Source: Planctomycetota bacterium
GTDB taxonomy: Bacteria; Planctomycetota; UBA8108; SXIK01
Direction: 5' to 3'
Length of the DNA stretch: 64,000 nt
NCBI GenBank assembly: GCA_965223845.1
Contig: CBDCXR010000004.1
Span: 6,912,001 to 6,976,000, forward strand
Position numbers and translations under genes: made by a program
Shown here: in pieces, positions 8,079 to 18,300 of the stretch
Layout of the letters: every line of letters starts with the position of its first letter
Numbering within the stretch: position 1 is the stretch's first letter
Notes under the pieces: model-generated
What the model was told of the DNA's origin: nothing
Seen by the model: the letters and a program-made list of their open reading frames with translations, nothing else
Databases searched by the model: none

Positions 8079-9587
8079 ATGTGGCCAGAGTGTACCAGAG
8101 GCCCCTGGGTTTTCCAGGTCAATTCGCACCGCCGAGCGGAGCCCGGAGCGCGCGTCGGAAACCGTGCCGCGACGGTTCCGATCCTCGTGATCGGGGTGGC
8201 CTCGCTGCTCGCGCCGGGCGCCTTCGCGGGCGATGAAAACGCGCTGGTTTATCGGAACTGGGGTGCGCTCGATGTGTACGTCGATCCCGCTCCCGGTCGC
8301 GTCGCAATTCTCCGCAGCGGAGAGCCGCTTCTCGCCGAGCGGGCCGGCCGGCGAGGGACATCGTTCGCCGCGCTCACCGCCTCCGGTTGGCTCGCGTTTT
8401 CTCGCGTCGACTCCGTTCGAGATCGAGCCGGCGCGGACGGAAGGCGCGGACTTACGGTCGCGTTCGTCCGGCGGCGCGGGATCGGTGCGGAGCTCCAGCT
8501 CGATTGGGATCCGCGCCAGCCGGCGGTCGTTCGCTGGCGTTGGCGTGCTCACGGCGGAGTGGTGCGGGGGCTTCGGAACGATTTCGTTACGCTCTCGGGT
8601 GAGCAGTTTCAGGGCGACATCTCATCGCGGGTGATCGCCGGTCCCGAGATCGCGGCGCCGCGCGATGCGCTCGAGACCGCGACGATCCTTTCGTCCCGCG
8701 GTCTCGCGGCTCGAGTGAGCGCACGCGACGGCGCGAACGTGCGCGCGTTCCGGCCGGATCCGGACGCGTTCCGCATCCAATCTTCGGGACCGCGTCTCGA
8801 CCTCGTGATCGCCGGGGGGGAGCCGCGGTCCACGCTCGCGGCCGTTCGGTCGGATCGCGTCGCGGCTTCGCCGGCGGTCGAGGGAAGCGTCGTCCTCGGC
8901 GACGTCGCTTCGGATCTCGCGGCGCGGTTGGAGGAGCGCGGCTGGTCGTTCGAAGCGAATCCCGCCCGGCTCCGCGCGCACCTTGCCGCACCGCCGCCGG
9001 AGGATTGGTCCGGTCTCGGCCGGGCGGTCGCGAGGGCGAGGCGAGGCTCGTTCCGCGGCGATCCCGCGTGGCTCTGGGTCGACGCGCGAGCCAACGCTGC
9101 CCTTCGCGCGCGCGCGCTTCACCTCGCGGCGCTCCAGCCCGTGTTCGCGCTCGACGCTCGGGTGGTCGAGAACGCACTCGCTCAGAACGCGCGCGCCGGC
9201 GAGCTCGCCCGCAACCTCGAAGCCGCTGTCGAGACATCGCGCGCCGTGCGCTCACTCGTTCGCGCCCTCGCGGCTGACCCGACGGAGCGACAGCTCCCCG
9301 TGTGGCGCCCCGTCGCCGTCGAGTTTCCCGAGGACGCGCGCTCCTGGGAAGCGGACGCGTGGCTCCTCGGCCCCGACGTCTTCGTCGTTGCCGCGCTCGA
9401 GCGCGGCAACGATCAGCGCATCGTGCACTTTCCGCCGGTCGACTGGATCTCCGTCACGGACGGAGCGCTCCGCCGAGGCGGCGGCAGTCAACTGGTGAAC
9501 CTCGGGCCGACCGGCGTCGCGCTGTTCGAACGCTCGCGTGCGCGGTTCGGACTCCGCGACCGGTTGGCGCGACCCGCGGCGGAGTAG
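8079..9587 (+). CDS. Degenerate glycoside hydrolase family 31-like secreted protein
   Basis: Signal-like ILVIGVASLLAPGAFA. The C-terminus PVWRPVAVEFPED...WLLGPDVFVV...VHFPPVDW...GGG...VALFER matches the GH31 C-terminal region. The catalytic barrel is short and its motifs are not recognisable. The start is uncertain. Confidence 0.6.
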   Translation: MWPECTRGPWVFQVNSHRRAEPGARVGNRAATVPILVIGVASLLAPGAFAGDENALVYRNWGALDVYVDPAPGRVAILRSGEPLLAERAGRRGTSFAALTASGWLAFSRVDSVRDRAGADGRRGLTVAFVRRRGIGAELQLDWDPRQPAVVRWRWRAHGGVVRGLRNDFVTLSGEQFQGDISSRVIAGPEIAAPRDALETATILSSRGLAARVSARDGANVRAFRPDPDAFRIQSSGPRLDLVIAGGEPRSTLAAVRSDRVAASPAVEGSVVLGDVASDLAARLEERGWSFEANPARLRAHLAAPPPEDWSGLGRAVARARRGSFRGDPAWLWVDARANAALRARALHLAALQPVFALDARVVENALAQNARAGELARNLEAAVETSRAVRSLVRALAADPTERQLPVWRPVAVEFPEDARSWEADAWLLGPDVFVVAALERGNDQRIVHFPPVDWISVTDGALRRGGGSQLVNLGPTGVALFERSRARFGLRDRLARPAAE

Positions 9588-9603
9588 ACGTCGACGCGAG
9601 CTC

Positions 9604-11637
9604 TTAGCGCACCGGCGCGTCGTCTTCTGCGTCACAGAGAACGGGACCTGCCGCCGTTCGAAGCGGTTTTCCCGCGTAGCTGACGCGACCACCTTGGACC
9701 GTGAGCGGCGCCTTCTCGAACTCACTTTTCGAGAGCTTCTTCTTCGGCGCGCTCTCGATGCCCTCGACCCCGACCTCGACGCCGATCTCCGCGTCTCCCG
9801 GGTCGACCGGCACGACGGCGCCGTCCTTGCGATCGCTCGCGAGGATCATGCCGCGACTCTCGATGCCGCGAAGCTTCGCCGGCTTCAGGTTGGCGAGGAC
9901 GACCACCATTCGGTCCTGCAGATCCGATGCGGGGAGATACTCACGGAGACCGGCACAGATCGAGCGCGGCTCGTCCTCGCCGAGATCGACCGTCATCGCG
10001 TAGAGGCTATCGGCATCCGGGTGCTCGTTCACCTCGACGATGCGGCCGACTCGGAGCGCGAGCTTCGCGAACGGATCGACGGGGGCGGGGGGACCCTTCT
10101 TCGGCTTGTGTGATTCGTCCATGCGTTTTTCTTTCGTCTTCGGTTCCTTCGCCGTCTCGCGTCGCGGGAAGAGCGGGGGTTTCTCTTCAACGCGGTAGGT
10201 CGACGGTTCGCGTCTCCGTTCACTGAGCGTGCCGAGCGTGAACCCGAGGGAAGAGCCGATGGCTGCGGCGGTCTTCGGCATCGCCGGAGAAAGGAGATGG
10301 GACACCGTTCGCAGCGCTTCGAAGCACTCGGCGAGAACGGCGGTGAACTCGCCGGGATCCTTGAGCTTCCACGGTTCGGTCTCGTTGAGGTACGCGTTGC
10401 TTCGCTTGATGTACGACCAGAGACGCTCCATCGCGCGGTGATGCTCACGGCCGTCGACGAGCGCGAAGAACTCTTCGATGAGCTCCTCGTCTCCGAGCAC
10501 TTCCGGTCGACCAGGAGTCGCGATCTCGCCGCCGAGTCGCGTCGCGATGAGCTTCACCACGCGGAGAACGAGATTCCCGAGCTCGTTGGCGAGCTCGGCG
10601 TGGTAGCGGTCTTCGAGCTCCGCGCGCGAGAACTTGCCGTCGTGGCCGCTCGCGAAGCTCCGGAGAAAGTAGAAACGGAGCACTTCGACCCCGTACTCGC
10701 CGACGATCTCAAGCGGATCGACGACGTTCCCGAGGTGCTTCGCCATCTTTCGGCCGTCTTCGTCGAGGATGAAGCCGTGCACGTAGACTTGTGCGGGAAG
10801 CTCTTCGCCGGCCGAGAGCAACATTGCCGGCCAGATCACGCTGTGGAACCAGTTGATGTCCTTCCCGATGACGTGGCAGCTCGCCGGCCAGAACGTCGCC
10901 GAGAGGTCTTCGGGCGCGTGGAGGGCGGAGAGATAATTCTCGAGCGCGTCGAACCAGACGTAGAGCACGTGTCCCGGATCGTCGGGAACGGGGATGCCCC
11001 AGTCGAACGTCGAGCGGGATATCGACAGGTCGCGTACGTCTTCACGAAGACGTGCGACGATTTCGTTGCGGCGCTCCCGCGGGTAGACGAACGCCGGATT
11101 CGCCTCGATGTGCCGGAGGATCGCCTCGCGGTACTTGCTGAGACGGAAGAAATAAGACTCTTCCTTGACCGGCGTCGTCGGCCGCTCGTGGATCGGGCAG
11201 CGGCCGTCGACGAGCTCCGACGCGGTGTAGAACTTCTCGCAGGATATGCAGTAATCGCCCTCGTAGAATCCCTTGTACACGTCGCCGGCGTCGCGGATTC
11301 GCTCGTAAAACCGCTGGCAGAATTCGCGGTGTCGGGGTTCCGAGGTGCGGACGAAATCGTCGTACGAGATGTCGAGGAGCGCGTAGAGTTCGCGAAACGC
11401 GGTGGCTTTCTCGTCGACGAACTCCTGCGGTGACAGACCGCCCTGCTCGGCGGCTTCCTGAATCTTCTGGCCGTGCTCATCGAGTCCGATGAGAAAGCGC
11501 GTCGGCACGCCGCGAAGGCGACTCGCACGCGCGTAAAAATCGGCGACCACCTTCTCGTACGCGTGCCCCATATGGGGGACACTGTTCGGATAATCGATCG
11601 CTGTCGTGATGTAGAAGGGCGCCGGATTCTCGTTCAT
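9604..11637 (-). CDS. metG: Methionyl-tRNA synthetase with C-terminal tRNA-binding (Trbp111/EMAP-like) domain
   Basis: YITTAIDYPN, HIGH-type HMGH, GLDEHGQKI, one Zn knuckle (CISC...CPIH), LYVWFDAL, KMSKS-type KMAKH, and C-terminal LRVGRI...ANLKPAKLRGIESRGM. The likely start is ATG 11637, not 12303. Confidence 0.96.
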   Translation of the reverse strand: MNENPAPFYITTAIDYPNSVPHMGHAYEKVVADFYARASRLRGVPTRFLIGLDEHGQKIQEAAEQGGLSPQEFVDEKATAFRELYALLDISYDDFVRTSEPRHREFCQRFYERIRDAGDVYKGFYEGDYCISCEKFYTASELVDGRCPIHERPTTPVKEESYFFRLSKYREAILRHIEANPAFVYPRERRNEIVARLREDVRDLSISRSTFDWGIPVPDDPGHVLYVWFDALENYLSALHAPEDLSATFWPASCHVIGKDINWFHSVIWPAMLLSAGEELPAQVYVHGFILDEDGRKMAKHLGNVVDPLEIVGEYGVEVLRFYFLRSFASGHDGKFSRAELEDRYHAELANELGNLVLRVVKLIATRLGGEIATPGRPEVLGDEELIEEFFALVDGREHHRAMERLWSYIKRSNAYLNETEPWKLKDPGEFTAVLAECFEALRTVSHLLSPAMPKTAAAIGSSLGFTLGTLSERRREPSTYRVEEKPPLFPRRETAKEPKTKEKRMDESHKPKKGPPAPVDPFAKLALRVGRIVEVNEHPDADSLYAMTVDLGEDEPRSICAGLREYLPASDLQDRMVVVLANLKPAKLRGIESRGMILASDRKDGAVVPVDPGDAEIGVEVGVEGIESAPKKKLSKSEFEKAPLTVQGGRVSYAGKPLRTAAGPVLCDAEDDAPVR

Positions 11638-11673
11638 GGCGGACAGTATGACAGGTTCGACTTCGGGTTGGAA
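11638..11673 (-). promoter_or_regulatory. Candidate sigma70 promoter for a leaderless metG transcript
   Basis: Minus strand reads TTCCAA-17 bp-CATACT (with TG-n extended -10) followed by 7 nt and then the ATG. No SD sequence is present. Confidence 0.45.
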
Positions 11674-14600
11674 GCGGAGCGCGATCGCGGGTGCAGTGCT
11701 CGTCGTGCTCGCGCTTGTCGCGTGGCGAGCGATCGAACGCGGTGAAGATGTCGATCGAAACTCCGCGCAAACTCCAGACGATGCCGCTGCGATCGATGCG
11801 GGCGAACGTTCGACGGGGAGCGGTACGTCGTCCGACGGGGAGACGCCCGGAGAAGCATCCGCGAGCGGGCCGGCGAACGATCGAGTCGACGGGATCTCTC
11901 GGCTCGTCAGCGGCCGCGTCCTCGGGGAGGGCGCGCCGATTGCGGCCGCCGAGGTGTTGCTGATCGACTTCGAGTTCTCCGCGGAGCTCCTTCGTTTGTT
12001 CGACTCGATCGAGGAGGATCCGCGGCACGGCTCCATTCCAAACATCGAAGCGCTCATTCCTCGCCTTCGATCGATCGTCGCTCGCGCGCGTGAGACCGCA
12101 CCTCGCGCGAAGGCCGACGCCGACGGACGATTCGCGTTCTCCGCCGTCGAGCCGGGCGCGTACCGACTTCTCGCGCACCGCGCCGGCTGGCAGTTTCGCC
12201 TCGGTGACGGACTGCTCGTTCGGCGCGGAACCCCGGTCGAGCGCGATGTCGAGCTCGTTCGTGGGGCCACGATAGCGGGACGCGTCATCGCGGCCGGAAA
12301 CACACCGGTCGCGGGTCGCGTCGTTCGAGCCGAGATTTCCGCGGGTTCCTCGATGTACGGCTTCCTCGTCGAACAGTTCCGCTCGCTGTTCGACGGCGCG
12401 GCCTTTCGGGGTGATCTCGAGGCGACGACCGACGCCGAGGGTCGATTCGTCTTCGATACGCTCGCTCCGGGGCGCTACGACTTGCTGACCCGCGACCGCG
12501 GCGGAGTCATCGTGCGCGCGGGCGGCGTCGCGACGGGATCGAACGACGTTCTCCTCGCGGCCCGCGCTCCGGGCTCGGTCGAAGGTACGCTGCTCGATGA
12601 ACTCGATGCGCCGCTCGTCGGGATCGTCGTCGAACTCGCGCCGAGTCAAGGCACCGAAGGCCTCGGACCGTTCGGCGCCGACTTCGGCACACTGTTCGAG
12701 CGGGCCCGGGTCGCTCTCGAAGGAAGCTCCGTCCGCGTGAAGACGAATCGCGGCGGCGAGTTTCGCCTGGGTCCGCTTGCGCCGGGTTCGTATCGAATGA
12801 ACATCGAGTCGCCCGAGATCCGCACCGTGGACCGCCGCGTCGACGTCCCGAGTGGAGAGCCGGTGCGACTCGGAGTCCTTCGCGCCTCGCGGGGCGGTAC
12901 GATCCGCGGACGCGTTTCGTCCCCCGAAGGTGCGCCGATCGCCGGGGCCGCGGTGGTGAGTGTTCCGGAGAATTCCGCGTCCGAGTGGGCGGTGTTCTCC
13001 GAAGGCGAAGTCCGTCGAGCGACGACCGACGCGAACGGCGAGTTCATCCTCGCGGGGCTCGCCGGCGGTACTCAGCGGTTGCTCGTTCGCGCGCGAGGTC
13101 GGTATCCCTTTCGAATCGATGCCGACCCGGGCGCGACGCTGGACGACATCCGACTCGAGCCCGGGATCACGGTCTCGGGGCGCGTTCGTTCGGCCGCCAC
13201 GGACGGGCCGATCGCCGGGGCGCGCGTGCGCGGCGGAAACTCGAGCGTCGAGACCGACGGGGAGGGGCGGTTTCGTCTCGACGGCTTCGTCTCATGGTTC
13301 GCCTCCGACGTGGAGCTCGCCTCGAGTCCGGTCGAGGTGGTCGCTGCGGGAGCGAACGGAATCGATGACTCGGACCGCTGGTTCGTCAAGGTGTCGGCGA
13401 GAGGGTTCGAATCGACGATGGTGCACTTCGAAGCCCGCGCGTCGGGCGAGCTGGACATCGTTCTCTCCCCGTCGAGGTTCGTTCGCGGGCGGCTGCTCGC
13501 GCCGAGCGGTGAGCCGGTCTCGGGCGTTCCCGTACGGCTGGCTCGATCGCTCGATGAAGCAGAGGCGCTGTTCGACCTCGCGCTTCTCACCGAGCGCGTG
13601 ACTTTGAGCGGCGATGAAGGTCGTTTCCGAATCTCGACGGAAGGACTCGTCTCCTCGGCCTACCGCGTCCTCGCGGACCACCGAGAGTTCGCCCGCGCGG
13701 AGGAGCGGATCTACGTGCCGCTCGAGAACGACGAGGCAGAGCTCGAGCTCCGCTTTCGTCCCGGATCCATCGTCCGGGGTGTCGTTCGAGTCGGAGCGCA
13801 TCCCTACGCGGGCGCGAAAGTTGTTCTCGCGCGTATCAACAAGGAGGCGCGCGACGATCCGGCGGAGATCGTGACGCGGATGATGGGGTTCGCTCGCCAG
13901 GGACGCGTCGTGGTTTCGGGCGCCGAAGGGAAGTTCGAGATCCCGCGCGTCGGAGAGGGCGACTACGTGATCCGTGCGGATGCGTTCGACATCGGCGAGT
14001 CGCGCGAGCTGGAGGTGCGGGTGCATCCCGGTGAGGACAGCGAGGTCGAGCTCGTACTCACCCCCGGCGGCGAAATCGGCGGCGAAGTGGTCGATGACTC
14101 GGGCGCTCCGATCGAGGGGGCGACGATAAAGCTCTTTCGCGAGGAGAGCGTCGACCCGGAGGACGAACTCGACGTGTCGCGCGAGGAAGCGCTCGCTCAG
14201 CGCCTCACGTTCGGAGTTCCGGCGAAGACCACGACGACCGACCGAGCGGGAGTGTTTCTCTTCGAAGGTGTCCCCGCGGGGAGCTTCTCGCTCGTGGCCG
14301 GAAAGCCGAGCTACTCACGCGCGGTCGTCAACGGAACCGAGGCCGGCGATGAAGACGTCGAAATCATGCTCGCCGCGCTCGGTGGGATCGCGGGGCAAGT
14401 GCTCGCGCGGGATTCGGGTGACGCTTTGGGCGAGTTTCGCGTGCTCTACACCCGAACCGATCCGTCCCCTGAAGATCTCGCCGATTTGGTGGCGACGGAC
14501 AACTCGCTCGTCGGTGCGGTCGACGGCGGTTCCCTCGATGGGAGATTCGTCGTGCGCGGACTCTCGGCCGGCGACTACGAGATCGAAGTCCACGCACCTG

Positions 14601-15277
14601 GGTTCGTCTCGCAACAAAGGACGGTCTTCGTCGAGCCCGGACGCATCCACGAGGCTGATTTCGAGCTCGATCGCGCGGCGCGCGTCACCGGAACCGTGCT
14701 CGACAAGGTGACCGGTGCTCCCGTCTCGGGCGCGAGCGTCCATTACGCCGAGCAGGGAGACGGGCCGGTCTGGTCGTTTCCGCGGGCGGACGCCACCACG
14801 ACCGGCCCGGACGGTCGCTTCTCGCTGTGGGCGGACCCGAAATCGTTGCGGATCTTCGTCCACAGCTCGGCGTTTCTTCCGCTCGAAGTGACGGTCGAGC
14901 TGAGCGTGGCGACACCGCTCGAGCTTCGTCTCGAGCTCGATCCAGGGATCTCCGCCGCGGGGCTCGTGCGCGATGCGAACGGTCGTCCGTATGCGCACCG
15001 CCACCTCCTGATCATCGGTGAAGAGACGAAACGGAGTTCCTCGACGCTGAAGGCCGTGATCACCGACGAGAACGGAAAGTTCAGTGTCGGTGGACTCGTC
15101 CCGGGTTCCTACGTCCTCCGCGACCCACGCATGGGCGTCGAGCCGGGTGAAGTCCCCGAGTTCGAGCCGCCAACGGACCAGGAAGGGCTCGAATCGTTTT
15201 GGGCGCGGCGCGACATTCGGCTCGAGCTTCGCGAAAGTCGGAGTGACTGGGACTTGACGTTTCCTAGCGGGAGTTGA
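11648..15277 (+). CDS. Large membrane-anchored protein with tandem carboxypeptidase-regulatory-like (transthyretin-like) beta-sandwich repeats, paralog 1
   Basis: N-terminal TM (AIAGAVLVVLALVAW). About 11-12 repeats of the pattern I-x-GRV...G-x-PI-x-GA-x-V...TD-x-x-GRF-x-F-x-x-L-x-PG-x-Y. Start is ATG 11648 or 11636. Confidence 0.8.
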   Translation: MTGSTSGWKRSAIAGAVLVVLALVAWRAIERGEDVDRNSAQTPDDAAAIDAGERSTGSGTSSDGETPGEASASGPANDRVDGISRLVSGRVLGEGAPIAAAEVLLIDFEFSAELLRLFDSIEEDPRHGSIPNIEALIPRLRSIVARARETAPRAKADADGRFAFSAVEPGAYRLLAHRAGWQFRLGDGLLVRRGTPVERDVELVRGATIAGRVIAAGNTPVAGRVVRAEISAGSSMYGFLVEQFRSLFDGAAFRGDLEATTDAEGRFVFDTLAPGRYDLLTRDRGGVIVRAGGVATGSNDVLLAARAPGSVEGTLLDELDAPLVGIVVELAPSQGTEGLGPFGADFGTLFERARVALEGSSVRVKTNRGGEFRLGPLAPGSYRMNIESPEIRTVDRRVDVPSGEPVRLGVLRASRGGTIRGRVSSPEGAPIAGAAVVSVPENSASEWAVFSEGEVRRATTDANGEFILAGLAGGTQRLLVRARGRYPFRIDADPGATLDDIRLEPGITVSGRVRSAATDGPIAGARVRGGNSSVETDGEGRFRLDGFVSWFASDVELASSPVEVVAAGANGIDDSDRWFVKVSARGFESTMVHFEARASGELDIVLSPSRFVRGRLLAPSGEPVSGVPVRLARSLDEAEALFDLALLTERVTLSGDEGRFRISTEGLVSSAYRVLADHREFARAEERIYVPLENDEAELELRFRPGSIVRGVVRVGAHPYAGAKVVLARINKEARDDPAEIVTRMMGFARQGRVVVSGAEGKFEIPRVGEGDYVIRADAFDIGESRELEVRVHPGEDSEVELVLTPGGEIGGEVVDDSGAPIEGATIKLFREESVDPEDELDVSREEALAQRLTFGVPAKTTTTDRAGVFLFEGVPAGSFSLVAGKPSYSRAVVNGTEAGDEDVEIMLAALGGIAGQVLARDSGDALGEFRVLYTRTDPSPEDLADLVATDNSLVGAVDGGSLDGRFVVRGLSAGDYEIEVHAPGFVSQQRTVFVEPGRIHEADFELDRAARVTGTVLDKVTGAPVSGASVHYAEQGDGPVWSFPRADATTTGPDGRFSLWADPKSLRIFVHSSAFLPLEVTVELSVATPLELRLELDPGISAAGLVRDANGRPYAHRHLLIIGEETKRSSSTLKAVITDENGKFSVGGLVPGSYVLRDPRMGVEPGEVPEFEPPTDQEGLESFWARRDIRLELRESRSDWDLTFPSGS

Positions 15278-15342
15278 GGGAACGTCGGGAGGTCGTACGA
15301 CGTCGCGTCTGCGGCGTCTTCCACTGTCGTCGGAGAGTTGTC

Positions 15343-18300
15343 ATGAGCTCAGCCGAAGACTCTATGTCGCGAGCGGTGTCATGCGCCGCCGTGGCAGCGT
15401 TCGCACTCGCAGCCTGTTCGATGACGGAGTCTGTTGTCGCTCCGGAGCCGCTCGTCGAGCCGGTGAACGAATCGAGCCGACCCGGAGGAACGATCGTCCA
15501 CGGTCGAATCGAAGGGGAAGGCGCTGGGCTCGCGGGGATCGAGGTCCTGCTTGTTCCTACGAGCTACCAGCGCGACCTTCTGCGTATTCTCGATTCGGCC
15601 CAGGGGCTCCGGTCGTCGACTCACGAGCCGGAGATCGAGGACACACTACGTGCTATACAAGATCTCGTCGACCGAACGCGCGCGTCGGCACCTCGAACCA
15701 CGACCGGGGCAGACGGGAGATTCCGATTCGGTGGAGTCGCGCCGGGAACCTACCGAGCCCTCGCCTTCGGCGCCGGCTGGCGACTTGATTTCGGCGCACC
15801 GGTCTTCGCGGATCGCGCGAAGTCGTTCGAGCTCCGAATTGCGCTAATCCGCGCCGAGCGCATCTCCGGTCAAGTGATCTCAGTCGACGGATCACCCGCC
15901 GCGAACGTCTCAGTACGCGCGCGAGTATTCTACGTTGGTTCTTTCGGGTTTAGCCTCGAAGCCAGTCTTCGCGAACTTTTCGACGGCTCGGCGCTCCGGG
16001 GTCCCCTCGAAACACGGACGGACGCGACGGGACGTTTCGAGTTCGATGCACTCAGTCCCGGACGCTGGAGCGTCCGTGCATCTTCGGCCGATCAATCCGT
16101 GGCGCGGGTCCACGAGATCGACGCGGGCTCGGAGGGCCTCGTGCTCGAGCTTCAGGCTCCAGGCGAGATCTTCGGTACGCTCGAAGACGATCTCGGATCC
16201 CCGATCGCCGACGCTTCCCTAGCGCTCGAGCCGGAGAGGTATCAAATCACGCTCGGTCGATTTCTGGGCATCTACGGCGGCGGTGATTGGAGGCGGCGGG
16301 CGAGAGAGGGACTTACGCTCACCGGTGCGCGTCTCGCGACGGATGAACAGGGGCGATTTCGGTTCGGGTCCGTGGCGCCGGGTGACTACCGGCTCACCAT
16401 CCGCACTCCGTTCGCGCGCACGATCGAGGAGCGATTCCAAGTCGGGCCGGGGGAAGTCGTCGACTTCGGTGTGCTTCGAGCGGCGCGCGGTGACTCGATC
16501 AGGGGGCGCGTCGAGTCGCCGGACGGTACGCCGATCGCTAACGCTCGCTTGACCGCGTCGCTCGAGGGCTCGATGGCCGAATACTTTAAGACGTCGCGTT
16601 TGGATCGACGGCGATCTACGAACACCCGAGACGACGGCACGTTTGCCGTTCACGGAATAGTGCCGGGAGAACACTCCGTGCGAGTTTTCGCCGCGAGTTG
16701 GGAGCCACGGAATGTCCGGGTGAAGTCGGGGGAGAGCGCAACCAACATCACCTTGGAACCGGGGAAGACAATCGCGGGAACGGTTCTCGACGCGGAGACC
16801 GGCGTACCGATCCCGGGGGCGACGATCGCGGGCGGTGGTGTGTCAGCGACCGCCGATGAATCGGGGCGCTTCCGGCTGGTTGGCTTCGTCGCGGAGCACA
16901 TCGACAACGTGTTGTTCGCGGCGCAACTCGCGTCGCCGACGGACGACGGAGCGTTTGTGTGGGACGACGATACCACCACCGCGTTTCTTGAGGCGAGAGC
17001 AGAGGGATTCGGGCCGAGTATCGTCGAAGTGCCGGACTTTGACCGCGTCCGCGACGTTGCGATTCGACTCAAGGAAGTCTCGGTTGTCCGCGGTCGAGTG
17101 TTCTCTCCAAGTGGAGAACCACTGCGTGCCGCGACCGTCCAGCTCGCGCTGTCCAGTGATCCGATCGAAGAGGGTTTTGGGGCCGTCACCGTGGGCGTGC
17201 GGCTCGGGCGGACCGACGAACAGGGCGTATTCGAGTTCACGGGTGCAGGCTTGTTCGATCGGGAATACGTGGCGTACGCCGATCACCCTCAGTTTGGAGA
17301 TGTGAGGAGCGAAAGATCCTCGCTCCGGCGCGGCGAATTGCCGGAGCTCGAGCTTCGCCTGCCGGGCCTTGAAGACCTTAGGGGAATCGTGCGCACCGGC
17401 GACCGAACAGTCGCGGGAGCGAAGATCGTTCTTCGCCGACCGCACGGCCGCGAAAGAACGGTACGTTCGGATTCCGAGGGGAGGTTTGCGTTCGAGGACG
17501 TACCGATCGGCGCCCACCGAATCCAGGCTTTGGCTACCGGCCTCGGCGAGTCACGGGCACGCGGAATCCTGATCGAAGAGGGACGGGAGAACGCCGTTGA
17601 GCTCGAGCTCGACGAGGGGAGGGATCTTCACGTCGAGGTCGTCGACTCTTCCGGAAAACCAGTGGAAGGCGCCTCGGTGAGACTCTATCGAGAAGAGTCC
17701 GCGCGGAAGAGTCGTTGGGACCGAGTACGTTCCCGAATCGCGAACGGGACTCCGTGGCGGGCACGAACGACCGGCCGAGACGGTGCATGTCGCTTTGCTC
17801 AGTTGCCTCCCGTTCTCTTCACCGTTCTCGTTTCTCGCGCCGGCTACTCGGCTTGGTGCGTCTCCGGGCAGCGGGCGTCCGAAACACTCGTTCGGATTCG
17901 CATCGATAAGCTCGCGAGAATCGCGGGGCGATTCGTCTCGAAGGCGACCGGGCAGCCGATTCGTTCGTTCTTCGTCTTGGGGGCTCACCGCGAGCTGTTC
18001 GACAACAAGGGGGCGCACGACCTTGCACGGTTCTCTGTTGGTATCGACGGCGTGGCCGCGGATGGCCGATTCGCGGCCGCCGAGCTCATGCCCGGCCCCT
18101 ACGATTTCTGGTTCGTCCCGCGCGGTTTCGTCGGGCGACGCATGCGCGTTGATCTCGAGCCGGGGGAGGAACGGGTGTTCGATCTCGAGCTAGATCCGGC
18201 GGCAGTCGTACGCGGAGTCATCGTCGATGCGGACACCGGACGACCAGTGCCCGAGGTGGAAGTCGAACTTCGGGTGGAGGGTGACGAGGAGGGCGAACCT

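Noticed and set aside
11638-12303. 222-aa N-terminal extension of MetG in the ORF track
   Set aside because: It is the antisense shadow of the plus-strand gene. MetRS homology starts at MNENPAPFYITTAIDY (11637).
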